Positions 28,354 to 37,600 of a stretch of 64,000 nt of DNA are shown piece after piece. Under the pieces are notes generated by a model. It ran no database searches. It worked only from the letters and a program-made list of their open reading frames with translations, and was not told the origin of the DNA. Each line of letters begins with the position of its first letter. Position 1 is the first letter of the stretch. The position numbers were made by a program, and so were the translations under genes. Source of the DNA: an uncultured bacterium (GTDB taxonomy: Bacteria > Armatimonadota > Hebobacteria > CAIYQO01); the NCBI GenBank assembly GCA_964590255.1, contig CAZPYA010000001.1:18660-82659 (forward strand), in the 5' to 3' direction.

Positions 28354-29087
28354 TACAGGCCGACGGTATTCGAGGTCATCTCGTAGGAGAGGTTTGTCGT
28401 GCCCAGCACATCCGTGTAACTGGTAGTCATTTTCACGAACGCGCCACATTGCGAGTTAATCCAGACGGTAAACGTCGAGGCAAATCCGCCAAATGATTTA
28501 TTACCGGTCACCTTGAAGCACTGGTAGGTTTTCCCGCCCACCGTCACCTCTTCCACGCCGGCTTTCGTCGTCGCGATAGTGAAATCGCCGTAACCGCCAT
28601 CAATCGTCGCGTTGGCGTTCCACCCCGGCAACGTGGCGAACTGGTCCGCGTCCGGGCCGTTCATCACGCCACCGCCGGTGGTGACAGCGCCCATCGGGGC
28701 GCCGTCAGCGGGACTGATGCCGTAAATGTTGATGGTGCCGTTGGCCGTCTGCTTGAATGCGATGGTGTAGACATTCGTTTCTGAGTGCCCCGGACGCACC
28801 ACCGGCACCGTCAGCGTCAGCTTTCGCGCATCCGTCACGCCGCCAATTGCCGTCGCGGTATTGTCAAACGCCAGCGTGGCGGTCGCCGGTGTGATCGCGG
28901 TGCTGCCCGCCCCACTAACGAATGTGCCCGTCAACGCATATTGCCACTGGTCGCCGGCAACGTATGCGCGCGCGTTGCCCAGCGGCAACGCATTCCCGGC
29001 AGGTGCCGGGGTCGAGCCCCCATTACAGCCGGCAAGCATGACCCCCAGCAGCGCCGTCAGGAGTATTGTGCCCATGAATACACGCAT
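28353..29087 (-). CDS. hypothetical lipoprotein
   Basis: N-terminus MRVFMGTILLTALLGVMLAGCNGG (lipobox LAGC); Thr/Gly-rich beta-type sequence. Confidence 0.55.
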   Translation of the reverse strand: MRVFMGTILLTALLGVMLAGCNGGSTPAPAGNALPLGNARAYVAGDQWQYALTGTFVSGAGSTAITPATATLAFDNTATAIGGVTDARKLTLTVPVVRPGHSETNVYTIAFKQTANGTINIYGISPADGAPMGAVTTGGGVMNGPDADQFATLPGWNANATIDGGYGDFTIATTKAGVEEVTVGGKTYQCFKVTGNKSFGGFASTFTVWINSQCGAFVKMTTSYTDVLGTTNLSYEMTSNTVGL

Positions 29088-29281
29088 GTCAAGAATCTCC
29101 TTTCAGGTGAAAGATCGGTTTATGTGCCGGTATCGGCACAATACAAGTACAATATTCGCCAGATGAATCATAGTTCCTTTATTGCCTTCCTATTTTATCG
29201 ATAACTATCCAGGCGGCTCACTCGACACTTTCTGGTCAGCTTGCTACTATAGCGATATTGCAGCCACTGAGGTTCACAGCC

Positions 29282-30670
29282 ATGAAGATCATGCCCATCG
29301 GCGCCGCCGCCGAAGTCACCGGCTCCTGTTTCCTGGTCGAGACCCGCGCGGGCACCTTTGTGGTGGACTGCGGCATGTTCCAGGGGCACGACGACCAGGA
29401 GGCGCGCAACGCGCAGTTCCCCTTCTCGCCGCGCGACGTGGACGCCGCCTTCCTCACCCACGCCCACCTGGACCACTGCGGCCGTATGCCGCGGCTGCAC
29501 GCCGACGGCTTCCGCGGCGAGGTCTTCGCCACCGCCGCCACTTGCGACCTGGCGCAATTCATCCTGCTGGACAGCGCCAAGCTGCAGGAAGAGGATTTCG
29601 AGCGCCGCCTGCGCAAGGCCCGCCGCGCCGGCTATTACCCCGAGCCGCCGCTGTACCGCCAGCAGGACGTGCTGCACCTGCTGCGCGCCTTCCGCGCCCA
29701 GCCGTATCGCGAACCGTTGTCGCTAGGCAACGGCGTGTCGGTCACCTTCCGCCAGTCCGGGCACATTCTCGGCTCCGCCTTCCTCGAATTCCGCGAGGGC
29801 GACGCCATCGCCGTCTTCTCCGGCGACCTGGGCGGTCCCGCGCGCAACGTGGTGCCCGACCCCGACCCCGCGCCGCCGTGCGATGTCATCTTCTGCGAAT
29901 CCACCTACGGCGACCGCCTGCACCGCACCGAGGCCGAGTCAATCACCGAGCTGCAAGAAGCCATCAGTTGGGCGGCGAAGCAGGGCGGCAACGTCATTAT
30001 TCCCTCCTTCGCGCTGGAGCGCACCCAGGACGTGCTCTTCGTACTGCACAACCTGCGCAAGAACGGCGAAGTGCCGCGCAACCCCGTCTACCTGGACAGC
30101 CCGCTAGCGGTGAGCCTCACCCGCGCCTACCAGCAGCACATGGGCGACCTGGACGACGCCACCCGCGCCTTCTTCGCCGCCCACGACGATCCCTTTGCCT
30201 TCCCCGGCCTGCGCGCCTGCACCTCCACCGAGGACTCGAAAGCCATCAACGGGCAGAACGGCGTCATTATTATCGCCGGCAGCGGCATGTGCAACGGCGG
30301 CCGCGTGATACACCACCTGAAGCAGAACCTGTGGCGCGACGACAGCGCGGTGGTCTTCGTCGGCTACCAGGCCAACGGCACGCTGGGCCGCCGCCTCGTC
30401 GATGGATCGAAAACCGTGGAAATCGATCACGAGCCCATCGCCGTGAACGCGAGAACCTTCACCATCAACGGCTTCAGCGCCCACGCCGACCAGTCCGCGC
30501 TGCAGGGCTGGCTGGCGACGTCAGGAAACGCCCACATCGTCCTCAACCACGGCGAAACCGGCGCCTCCGCCACCCTCGCCGGCCTCCTCCGCGACGCCGG
30601 CCGCAGCGTGGACGTGGCCAAGCCGATGCACGTCATCGACACCGACCGCCTGCCGGTGGTAGCGGGGTAA
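29282..30670 (+). CDS. MBL-fold metallo-hydrolase of the beta-CASP family (RNase J / CPSF-like RNA-metabolising)
   Basis: THAHLDHCG (HxHxDH), then GDLG, and a C-terminal RMMBL-like region ending with the HADQ beta-CASP motif. ATG at 29282 (MKIMPIG). Confidence 0.8.
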   Translation: MKIMPIGAAAEVTGSCFLVETRAGTFVVDCGMFQGHDDQEARNAQFPFSPRDVDAAFLTHAHLDHCGRMPRLHADGFRGEVFATAATCDLAQFILLDSAKLQEEDFERRLRKARRAGYYPEPPLYRQQDVLHLLRAFRAQPYREPLSLGNGVSVTFRQSGHILGSAFLEFREGDAIAVFSGDLGGPARNVVPDPDPAPPCDVIFCESTYGDRLHRTEAESITELQEAISWAAKQGGNVIIPSFALERTQDVLFVLHNLRKNGEVPRNPVYLDSPLAVSLTRAYQQHMGDLDDATRAFFAAHDDPFAFPGLRACTSTEDSKAINGQNGVIIIAGSGMCNGGRVIHHLKQNLWRDDSAVVFVGYQANGTLGRRLVDGSKTVEIDHEPIAVNARTFTINGFSAHADQSALQGWLATSGNAHIVLNHGETGASATLAGLLRDAGRSVDVAKPMHVIDTDRLPVVAG

Positions 30671-30713
30671 CTGGGAGCGCGGATTTCCAATCCGCAAACA
30701 TGGGAGCGCCGGC

Positions 30714-31712
30714 ATGTCCCTCGCCGGCCTCATACGGAGGCAGCCAATGGAAGGCGATCTGCACGGACTGGCATTGCTGCTGGTGATCATCACCGCCGCG
30801 GTGCTCTGCTACCGGTATGGCAGAGCACCACAATTGGTGCTGCCGACATTTGTCATCTGGTTGGTGGGCGGTTTCTTCGCCATGCTGGTGCTGCATCACC
30901 TGGTCTTCTTACTGGTGCACGTCGTCTGGAACGATCTGTCGTCCGCTGCCCAAATCGCCATTACCTTTGCCACGCATCAGGCGGTGATTTTGCTGGTATG
31001 CCTCGCGCTGGTCTGGCGGGCGCTCACCCTTACGCGAGCACAGAAGCTGCTGCTTATTGGTAGCATCCTGCTACTTGGAGGATTGTCTCTGCTGCATATG
31101 CAGCGTGCAACCCAACGACAGTGGAATTATTGCTGCATTCCTACTTCGATGGCATGGATACGTGAAAGTGCACGGCCATATTTACTGACCCCCCATTATT
31201 ATTGGCATAGTGTGATAACCGGCATTGGGGAGAAAGGAACACCGCTATCCAATAGACAGACAGTATTAATGGCTATTGCCATCATGCAAAGTATTCAGCC
31301 GAAAGGGATGATAACGATTGTGCCGCCACCGATACCAGAGGAAATCGGTGAAAACTTCCGGGAGGGTATGACCAGTGGCACACTCAAAGCATGGGTCGAT
31401 GAGCGTTATAATCAAGGCGTGGGGTCGTTCGTTATGGTCATCGGCGTGATGCTCACCGTTCTGTTGCTGATTCGGTATGCACGGTGGGATGACATTTCAT
31501 ATCCCCTGCGCAAACGCTTCGTCTTTGGCTTGTGTGTAGGCGCGGTGCTGTGTTCCTTTGGGACGAATATCGAAGTGATTCCTTTAACAGTGATGGCTGT
31601 TTGCCTGACTATCCTCGGTTGGTGGCTGCCCAATCGCGCGCAACTACAGGTGACCATGATTCTGCTGTTCTTGCTGCCAACAATAGCATTGAGCTGGCTC
31701 TCGACACTATAA
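30714..31712 (+). CDS. hypothetical polytopic membrane protein (compositionally atypical, about 52% GC)
   Basis: 332 aa, at least 8 hydrophobic segments. GC is visibly lower than that of the neighbouring genes. Confidence 0.5.
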   Translation: MSLAGLIRRQPMEGDLHGLALLLVIITAAVLCYRYGRAPQLVLPTFVIWLVGGFFAMLVLHHLVFLLVHVVWNDLSSAAQIAITFATHQAVILLVCLALVWRALTLTRAQKLLLIGSILLLGGLSLLHMQRATQRQWNYCCIPTSMAWIRESARPYLLTPHYYWHSVITGIGEKGTPLSNRQTVLMAIAIMQSIQPKGMITIVPPPIPEEIGENFREGMTSGTLKAWVDERYNQGVGSFVMVIGVMLTVLLLIRYARWDDISYPLRKRFVFGLCVGAVLCSFGTNIEVIPLTVMAVCLTILGWWLPNRAQLQVTMILLFLLPTIALSWLSTL

Positions 31713-31721
31713 GGATCAATC

Positions 31722-32171
31722 ATGCCCCACGAATTCGACGCCCAACTCCACCGCCTGGACGGCAAAATCATGTGGACGGTCTTCTACGTGCCGTTTTCCG
31801 TGCCCGAACTCTACGGCACGAACAACCGGCTGAATGTGGCCGTCACCATCGACGGCCATGCCTTCGCCGGCACGCTGCTGCCCAGCAAGCAGGGGCACTA
31901 CCTGCCCTTCAACGCGGCGATGAAAGCTGCCACACGCAAGCAACTCGGCGACACCGTGCACGTGGTGCTGGAGCCGGACACCGCCCCGCGCGTGGTGGAG
32001 GTGCCGGCGTGCCTGCAGGCCGCCCTCGCCGCCGACGATGCCGCCCGCGCGACATTCGAGTCGCAACCCGACTACATGCGCCGCGAATCCATCACCCATA
32101 TCATGCAGGCGAAAGCGGACGCCACCCGCGACCGCCGCATCCAGGCGCTGCTGGAACGATTACGAAAATAA
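31722..32171 (+). CDS. DUF1905 / YdeI-OmpD-associated family protein
   Basis: MWTVFYVPFSVPELYGTNNRLNVAVTIDGHAFAGTLLP (DUF1905 barrel) followed by a C-terminal YdeI-like helix (ESITHIMQAKADATRDRRIQALLERL). Confidence 0.6.
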   Translation: MPHEFDAQLHRLDGKIMWTVFYVPFSVPELYGTNNRLNVAVTIDGHAFAGTLLPSKQGHYLPFNAAMKAATRKQLGDTVHVVLEPDTAPRVVEVPACLQAALAADDAARATFESQPDYMRRESITHIMQAKADATRDRRIQALLERLRK

Positions 32172-32267
32172 CCTTCCGACTGACCGCCTCCTCTCCCACT
32201 GACAGATAATCCCACCAACCACCGGTGGAAAATCAGGCGACATTGGGTATAAGCCGTCAGGAAGAAG

Positions 32268-32804
32268 GTGCTGCCCATGTCGGCGACCTGGTTTGATGAC
32301 ATCCTCACGCTGCTGCAGGTGAAGCGCGCGCTGGCGCGGCAGAACGGGCGCGGCTATCCGCTGACACTGCCGGAGCGGCCGGCGAGCGACCGCGCGCTGC
32401 TGGCGGCGGAGGCGGCGCTGGGGCGGCGGCTGGACGGGCAGTACCGGGCCTTCCTGGAGATCGGCGACGGGTGGCGCGGCCTGTATGCGCACGTGACGCT
32501 GTTCGGCACGCGCGAATTGCTGGGCGGCCCGCTGATGTGCGCCGCGCGCCGGCAACAGGCCGCGCGGGGCCTCGATCCGGCGTGGCTCCCCATTGCCTTC
32601 GGCGACATCGACCTTTTCCTACAGACCCCCGCCGGCGCGGTGATCTGGCATGCCCGCGAGGAAATCGAGCGCTATTCCGACTTCGCCGGCTTCCTCGCCG
32701 CCATGACCGACGCCAACCGCGACCTCATTACCCTGACGACCTTCGACCGGCGCTATGAGGACGCATTACTCGGAGAACCGATGGCGGCGTTCTACGCGGA
32801 TTGA
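32268..32804 (+). CDS. SMI1/KNR4 (SUKH-1) family protein, immunity-protein-like
   Basis: LLAAEAALGRRLDGQYRAFLEIGDGW matches the SUKH-1 core motif; size about 175 aa. Confidence 0.55.
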   Translation: MLPMSATWFDDILTLLQVKRALARQNGRGYPLTLPERPASDRALLAAEAALGRRLDGQYRAFLEIGDGWRGLYAHVTLFGTRELLGGPLMCAARRQQAARGLDPAWLPIAFGDIDLFLQTPAGAVIWHAREEIERYSDFAGFLAAMTDANRDLITLTTFDRRYEDALLGEPMAAFYAD

Positions 32805-33274
32805 TCGTCGCCGGGCGGGGTTGTTTTCCGCACTTTCCGCGTCCACCCCATCGCCGGGCAGCGCCCATTGACGCACTTCGGGCACACCGCGAGGAAAATC
32901 TCCGCCGCGCCCAGGCCGCCGATGGCGAAGAAGGCGACCAGCCACGCCGGCTGGTGTACCAGCCACGGCAGCGGGTAGAGGAAAACGATGCCGGAAGCAA
33001 TGAGCATGCCCGCGTAGTCGCCGGCCGTGTAAGGGCCGGGGGCGCGCTTCGGCAGGAAATCCGCCACCTTCCCCACCAGCACGTGGCTGCAATGGTGCGG
33101 CCGGCACAGGCACTTGGCGCAGTAGGTATAGGCGATGACCAGCGTGGCGAAGATGTTCAGCAGCACGTAGCCACCCGCCCACCAAAGCGACGCCCGCGCC
33201 ACCGCCACCAGCGCCAGTACCACCGCGATGGAAAAGAGTATCATGCTGAGCAGACCATGAGTGCGATACGACAT
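32792..33274 (-). CDS. hypothetical Cys-rich membrane protein
   Basis: 160 aa, 4 TM segments plus cysteine clusters CAKCLCRPHHCSH and CPKCVNGRC. Confidence 0.45.
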   Translation of the reverse strand: MSYRTHGLLSMILFSIAVVLALVAVARASLWWAGGYVLLNIFATLVIAYTYCAKCLCRPHHCSHVLVGKVADFLPKRAPGPYTAGDYAGMLIASGIVFLYPLPWLVHQPAWLVAFFAIGGLGAAEIFLAVCPKCVNGRCPAMGWTRKVRKTTPPGDDQSA

Positions 33275-33594
33275 AATTATAGTATAGCATACGCATGGAC
33301 GGCTCCGCGCGGGGCACCGGGAACGGCGGCCGTCGTAATTTTTTCGCTATTCCGGAAGGGGGTTCGCTCCGATGGCAACTTTTTCGCACATGTTGTTTGC
33401 AGGGGCGGGAAGGATATTGTCCGTCGGGAACCGAATCACTGGAGATGGAAGTTTCTGCGGGGCGCGCGGCACGGCGTGTGTTGGTTCCGCTGCCCGTGGG
33501 GAACACCTGTCCAGCGACCGGGTGTGACAAGGGTCGTTTTGGGCAATAGTTGCTAGAGGTTAGGCTGGAAAGTCGCCTCGAGGGGTGATCGAAA

Positions 33595-35409
33595 TTGACT
33601 GATCATATGCATGCGAGCCACAGTCAGGAAGTGGACAAGCTGATCGAGCGCGGCCGGGCCGGCGGCGGGGTGCTCACCTACGAGGAGATCAACGATCTCC
33701 TCGCGGGCGAGGATCTGGATGCCGATTCGATCGACGAGATTCTGGAGACGGTGGCGGGCGAGGGCATCCAGGTGGTGGAGAAGGTGCCCGAGGTCGCTGA
33801 GCCGGCGCAGCCGCCCGCGCCTACCGCCAGTACGCTGGAGCTTCCCGACGAAGAGTTGACCTCGACGGAGGGCATCCCGCCGGACGATTCGGTGCGCATG
33901 TACTTGCGCGAGATCGGCCGCGTGCCGCTGCTCACCCCGAAGGAAGAGATCGAATACGCCAAGCAGCTTGAGAAGTACAACCTGATGCGCAAGCTGCAGA
34001 ACGTGTGGAATTACTGCACCGTCGTCCTCGGCTTCACCCCGGGCGTCGACCTCATCGAAACCGCGGTGGAGCGCTCGGGCGACCGCGCGCTGCGCGAAAC
34101 GATGGAGGTGATGGACGACGCCATCAAGCGCCTGCCGCTGGAGCGCGACCCGCTGCGCATGTCGGTGGCGGAGATGCTGGAATATTACAGCAACTTCCTC
34201 ACTCTGCGCGTCAATGACGCCGCCAATCGCCGTACCGCGCTGGGGAAAGACAATATGACCCCGGAGCAACTCGCCCGCGCGAAGAAGGAATACGAGACGC
34301 GCGAGACGCTGTATCAGGGCCTGCTCGACAACCTCACCGAAGACAGCATGCGCGACCAACTGTTCCTGCGCAAGGTATGGGAGGAGTTTCGTTCGGAGAG
34401 CCGCGGCGAGGAAGAAGAGCTGCCCGAGGAAGAAGCCGAACAGCTCCGCTCGCGCTACGCGGTGCGCGACATCCTCGAGAAAACCGAAGAAGAAATCATC
34501 TTCGCGCTGCGCGTGGGCACCATCTACCAGGAAAAGCGCGCCTCGGGCATGCGCCCGGTACCGGCCGCGGTGGTGCGCGACGAAGGCGGCTTCCGCGAGG
34601 ACGAAGCCACCGTGGGGACGACCATCGCGTGGCTGCAGCGCGTCATCACCCGCGGCGAGGCGGCGAAGAAAAAACTCACCGAGGCGAACTTGCGCCTGGT
34701 GGTGAGCATCGCGAAGAAATACAGCGGGCGCGGCATGTCCTTCCTCGACCTCATTCAGGAAGGCAACATCGGCCTCATCCGCGCGGTGGAGAAGTTCGAC
34801 TATCGCAAGAAGTTTAAATTCTCCACCTACGCCACCTGGTGGATTCGTCAAGCGATCACCCGCGCCATCGCCGACCAGGGCCGCACCATCCGCATCCCGG
34901 TGCATATGATCGAGACGATCAACAAGCTGATCAAGATTCAGCGGCAGCTCGTGCAGGACCTGGGACGTGAACCGAGCCTGGAAGAGATTGCCGAAGAGAT
35001 GGAAGGTCCCTTCGCCACCGGCGAGGAGAAGGCGAAAGCCGTGCACCGCATGGGCGAGATCTTCAAGATCGCCCCGGAGCCGCTGTCGCTGGAAACACCG
35101 ATCGGCGAGGAAGACAACAGCCACCTGGGCGACTTCATCGAGGACCAGGACGCCGTGTCGCCCGCCGACGCCGCCACCATCCTCGTGCTGCGCGAACAAC
35201 TCGAAGCGGTGCTGAACACCCTCACCCCGCGCGAGCGCGACGTGCTGAAGCTGCGCTTCGGCCTCGATGACGGCTACGCCCGCACCCTCGAGGAAGTCGG
35301 CCACATCTTCGAAGTGACCCGCGAACGCATCCGCCAGATCGAAGCGAAAGCGCTGAAGAAACTGCGCGCCAACAAAAAACGCCAGCTCCTCCGCGACTTC
35401 CTCGATTAG
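33595..35409 (+). CDS. rpoD: RNA polymerase primary sigma factor (sigma-70)
   Basis: Region 1.1 acidic, region 1.2 [12 protein letters not shown], region 2 [44 protein letters not shown], and region 4 [18 protein letters not shown]...TLEEVG. TTG start at 33595 (RBS GAGGGGTGA); alternative ATG at 33607. Confidence 0.9.
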   Translation: MTDHMHASHSQEVDKLIERGRAGGGVLTYEEINDLLAGEDLDADSIDEILETVAGEGIQVVEKVPEVAEPAQPPAPTASTLELPDEELTSTEGIPPDDSVRMYLREIGRVPLLTPKEEIEYAKQLEKYNLMRKLQNVWNYCTVVLGFTPGVDLIETAVERSGDRALRETMEVMDDAIKRLPLERDPLRMSVAEMLEYYSNFLTLRVNDAANRRTALGKDNMTPEQLARAKKEYETRETLYQGLLDNLTEDSMRDQLFLRKVWEEFRSESRGEEEELPEEEAEQLRSRYAVRDILEKTEEEIIFALRVGTIYQEKRASGMRPVPAAVVRDEGGFREDEATVGTTIAWLQRVITRGEAAKKKLTEANLRLVVSIAKKYSGRGMSFLDLIQEGNIGLIRAVEKFDYRKKFKFSTYATWWIRQAITRAIADQGRTIRIPVHMIETINKLIKIQRQLVQDLGREPSLEEIAEEMEGPFATGEEKAKAVHRMGEIFKIAPEPLSLETPIGEEDNSHLGDFIEDQDAVSPADAATILVLREQLEAVLNTLTPRERDVLKLRFGLDDGYARTLEEVGHIFEVTRERIRQIEAKALKKLRANKKRQLLRDFLD

Positions 35410-35492
35410 GGGATAGGTGCTACAGGACAGGGAAGGGCGGGCCGCATGGCCCGCCCTTCCTTATTCTCCATTCTCAGTCCCCAATTCCCTAA

Positions 35493-36608
35493 CTACAGCT
35501 TTACCTCGAACGTAAACGTCCGGCTCTCGTTCTCCTGGATCGCCAGCGTCTTCGGGGTGATGTCCTTCGGCAGGTTGAAGACCAGGCGCACGCGGACTTC
35601 GTTGCCGCTTTTGATTTCCTGCGCAAACGGCCGGTTGCCGGTGGCCAGCAGCATGTTCTGGTAGCTGATCTCGTCGCCGTCAGTGGAGGTGAGCACGGGG
35701 AGGAGGCTATCCCAGCGCGTGAAGGTGTCCCGTGGGTTGCGGTTCTTCATGACCACCGTCGCGATGAACAGTTGCCCTTCTTCCTCCGGCTCGATGTCGC
35801 CCAACTTCTCCTTCGTCGTGCTGAACTGCTCTACGGTGACATCATAGTTTCCATACGGGTAGGCGGTGTTCAGCTTGCCCGTGACCGTCTCCAGCGCGGT
35901 GGCGCCGGTTTTGTCGGCCGGGTCGGCGAATGGCTCGGCCAAGCGGGTCACTTTGTCGCGCAGGTCGTAGCGCAGCACGCCGCCGTCACCGTCTACCGGC
36001 GGCATCACCATCAGCTTTGGCACCACGCCTTTCGCCGGCACGATGATGACGGCATACAGCTTCGTCGTCTGCGCCGGCTTCATGCTCATGGCGAAGGAGT
36101 TCTTATTCTCTTCATCGCCCCAGCCGACGCACTCGCGGTTGACGTTCATCGCGTCGACCGCCGTCAGCTTCAGCGAATCCCAGCGCACGAACTGCTCGGT
36201 TTTCGCCGGGTTTTGCACGGTAAAGTGCGCGACCAGCAGCTTCTCGTTCGCTTTCGGCGCATACAGCGTGTCGCCAATGCGCACCGGGGTGACGGTGTAT
36301 TCCGCGCTCTTCAGGCTGAAATACAACGGCGTGCTTTTCACCAGCGTGTAGACGGCGCCGAGCTGCCCGTTTTCGCCCGGCAGTTGCGCCGTGCCGCCAG
36401 TGACGGCGCCGGTGGCGGGCGCGCTCGGCTTGATGGTCACCTTGCCGCCCAACAGCTTCATCAGCGCGGCGATATCCACATACGATTTCCCGTTCTGCTC
36501 GATAGTGGGAATGGATACCGTTTTCCCGGCGACGGTGACGGTGGCCGTTCCGGCGAATGCCGCCAGCGCCAGGCACGCCAGCAGCAGCAGAGTCAATACT
36601 CGCATCAT
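35493..36608 (-). CDS. hypothetical secreted protein with two tandem DUF4352-like beta-sandwich repeats
   Basis: Signal peptide MMRVLTLLLLACLALAAFAG from rc 36606-36608 (RBS GGAGAAGGGA). Internal duplication (FVRWDSLKLTAVD / FTRWDSLLPVLTSTD). Confidence 0.5.
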   Translation of the reverse strand: MMRVLTLLLLACLALAAFAGTATVTVAGKTVSIPTIEQNGKSYVDIAALMKLLGGKVTIKPSAPATGAVTGGTAQLPGENGQLGAVYTLVKSTPLYFSLKSAEYTVTPVRIGDTLYAPKANEKLLVAHFTVQNPAKTEQFVRWDSLKLTAVDAMNVNRECVGWGDEENKNSFAMSMKPAQTTKLYAVIIVPAKGVVPKLMVMPPVDGDGGVLRYDLRDKVTRLAEPFADPADKTGATALETVTGKLNTAYPYGNYDVTVEQFSTTKEKLGDIEPEEEGQLFIATVVMKNRNPRDTFTRWDSLLPVLTSTDGDEISYQNMLLATGNRPFAQEIKSGNEVRVRLVFNLPKDITPKTLAIQENESRTFTFEVKL

Positions 36609-36735
36609 GATCCCTTCTCCTATTCCGACAAAATAACTCGTAATCAACTATTCGTTGACCCCGTTCGGTCTCCTGCCGCTGCCCAACAAATCTCACCAGG
36701 CAGGTGTTCCCCGCCGTGCAGCGAACCATTGCCTT

Positions 36736-37506
36736 ATGACCTGCACCGAAACCGAAATGACCCTCGCGCTGCCCTTCGGCGAACGGCGCATGCTGCTGCG
36801 CGAACCTGCGCGTCCCGCGCCGGCCCCGTGCCTGCTTATCAACCTCGCCGCCGACCGCGCCACCGCCATGCGCGACGCGCCGTATGGTATCATCCCGGAT
36901 ATCCTCGCCGCGGCGGGGCACCGGGTGGCCACCTTCGATCTGCCGTACCATGGCGAATTGGCCACGGATGCGCGTAAAGAGTTGCGCGGCATGGCGGCGG
37001 CGATGGCCGCGGGCGAGGATCCCTTCCTGGAGGTGCGCGCCGTGGCGCGGGCGCTGGTCGACCGCTGCATCGCCGATGGGCTGGCGGAGCCGGGGCGCAT
37101 CGTCGTCGCCGGCACCTCGCGCGGGGGGCTCTCCGCGCTGCACGTGATGGCGGAGGATGAGCGGGTGCGCGCCGCCGCGGCGATAGTGCCGGTCACCGAT
37201 CTGGCGGTGCTCGCCGAGTTCCGCGCGCTGGCGGGGACGCCCATCCTCGCGGGGGCCAACGCCGCGGCGCTCGTCCCCGCGCTGGCCAACCGTCCTGTCT
37301 ATCTCACCATCGGCGAGACGGACGTGCGTGTCTCCGCCGACGCCTGCCGCGCTTTCTACGGCACGCTGCAAGCCGCCGCACGCGACGTGCTGCCGGTGCT
37401 GCGCGTGCTGCCCGGCGCCACCCACACCGGCACCTTCCCCTACCCGCCCATGTACTGGCGCGGCGCGGCGTTTCTGCTGGAGCAATGCGCGGAAGCCACC
37501 CGATGA
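36736..37506 (+). CDS. alpha/beta hydrolase (dienelactone-hydrolase-like esterase)
   Basis: GTSRGG nucleophile elbow, conserved Asp/His downstream (IGETDVRV; PGATHTG). The start could be 36757. Confidence 0.55.
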   Translation: MTCTETEMTLALPFGERRMLLREPARPAPAPCLLINLAADRATAMRDAPYGIIPDILAAAGHRVATFDLPYHGELATDARKELRGMAAAMAAGEDPFLEVRAVARALVDRCIADGLAEPGRIVVAGTSRGGLSALHVMAEDERVRAAAAIVPVTDLAVLAEFRALAGTPILAGANAAALVPALANRPVYLTIGETDVRVSADACRAFYGTLQAAARDVLPVLRVLPGATHTGTFPYPPMYWRGAAFLLEQCAEATR

Positions 37507-37600
37507 CACCGCAGTGGCACCCCATTATTGGTGGCTTGGCGATTTGGGGATGCTATTCGGTGCCGGATACCGGATACAGTCGGGCAAGTGAGCGTCTACC

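Noticed and set aside
33520-33560. Possible sigma-70-like promoter (GTGACA...17 bp...TAGTTG) upstream of rpoD
   Set aside because: Hexamer matches are weak and the spacing is ambiguous. It cannot be supported without TSS data.
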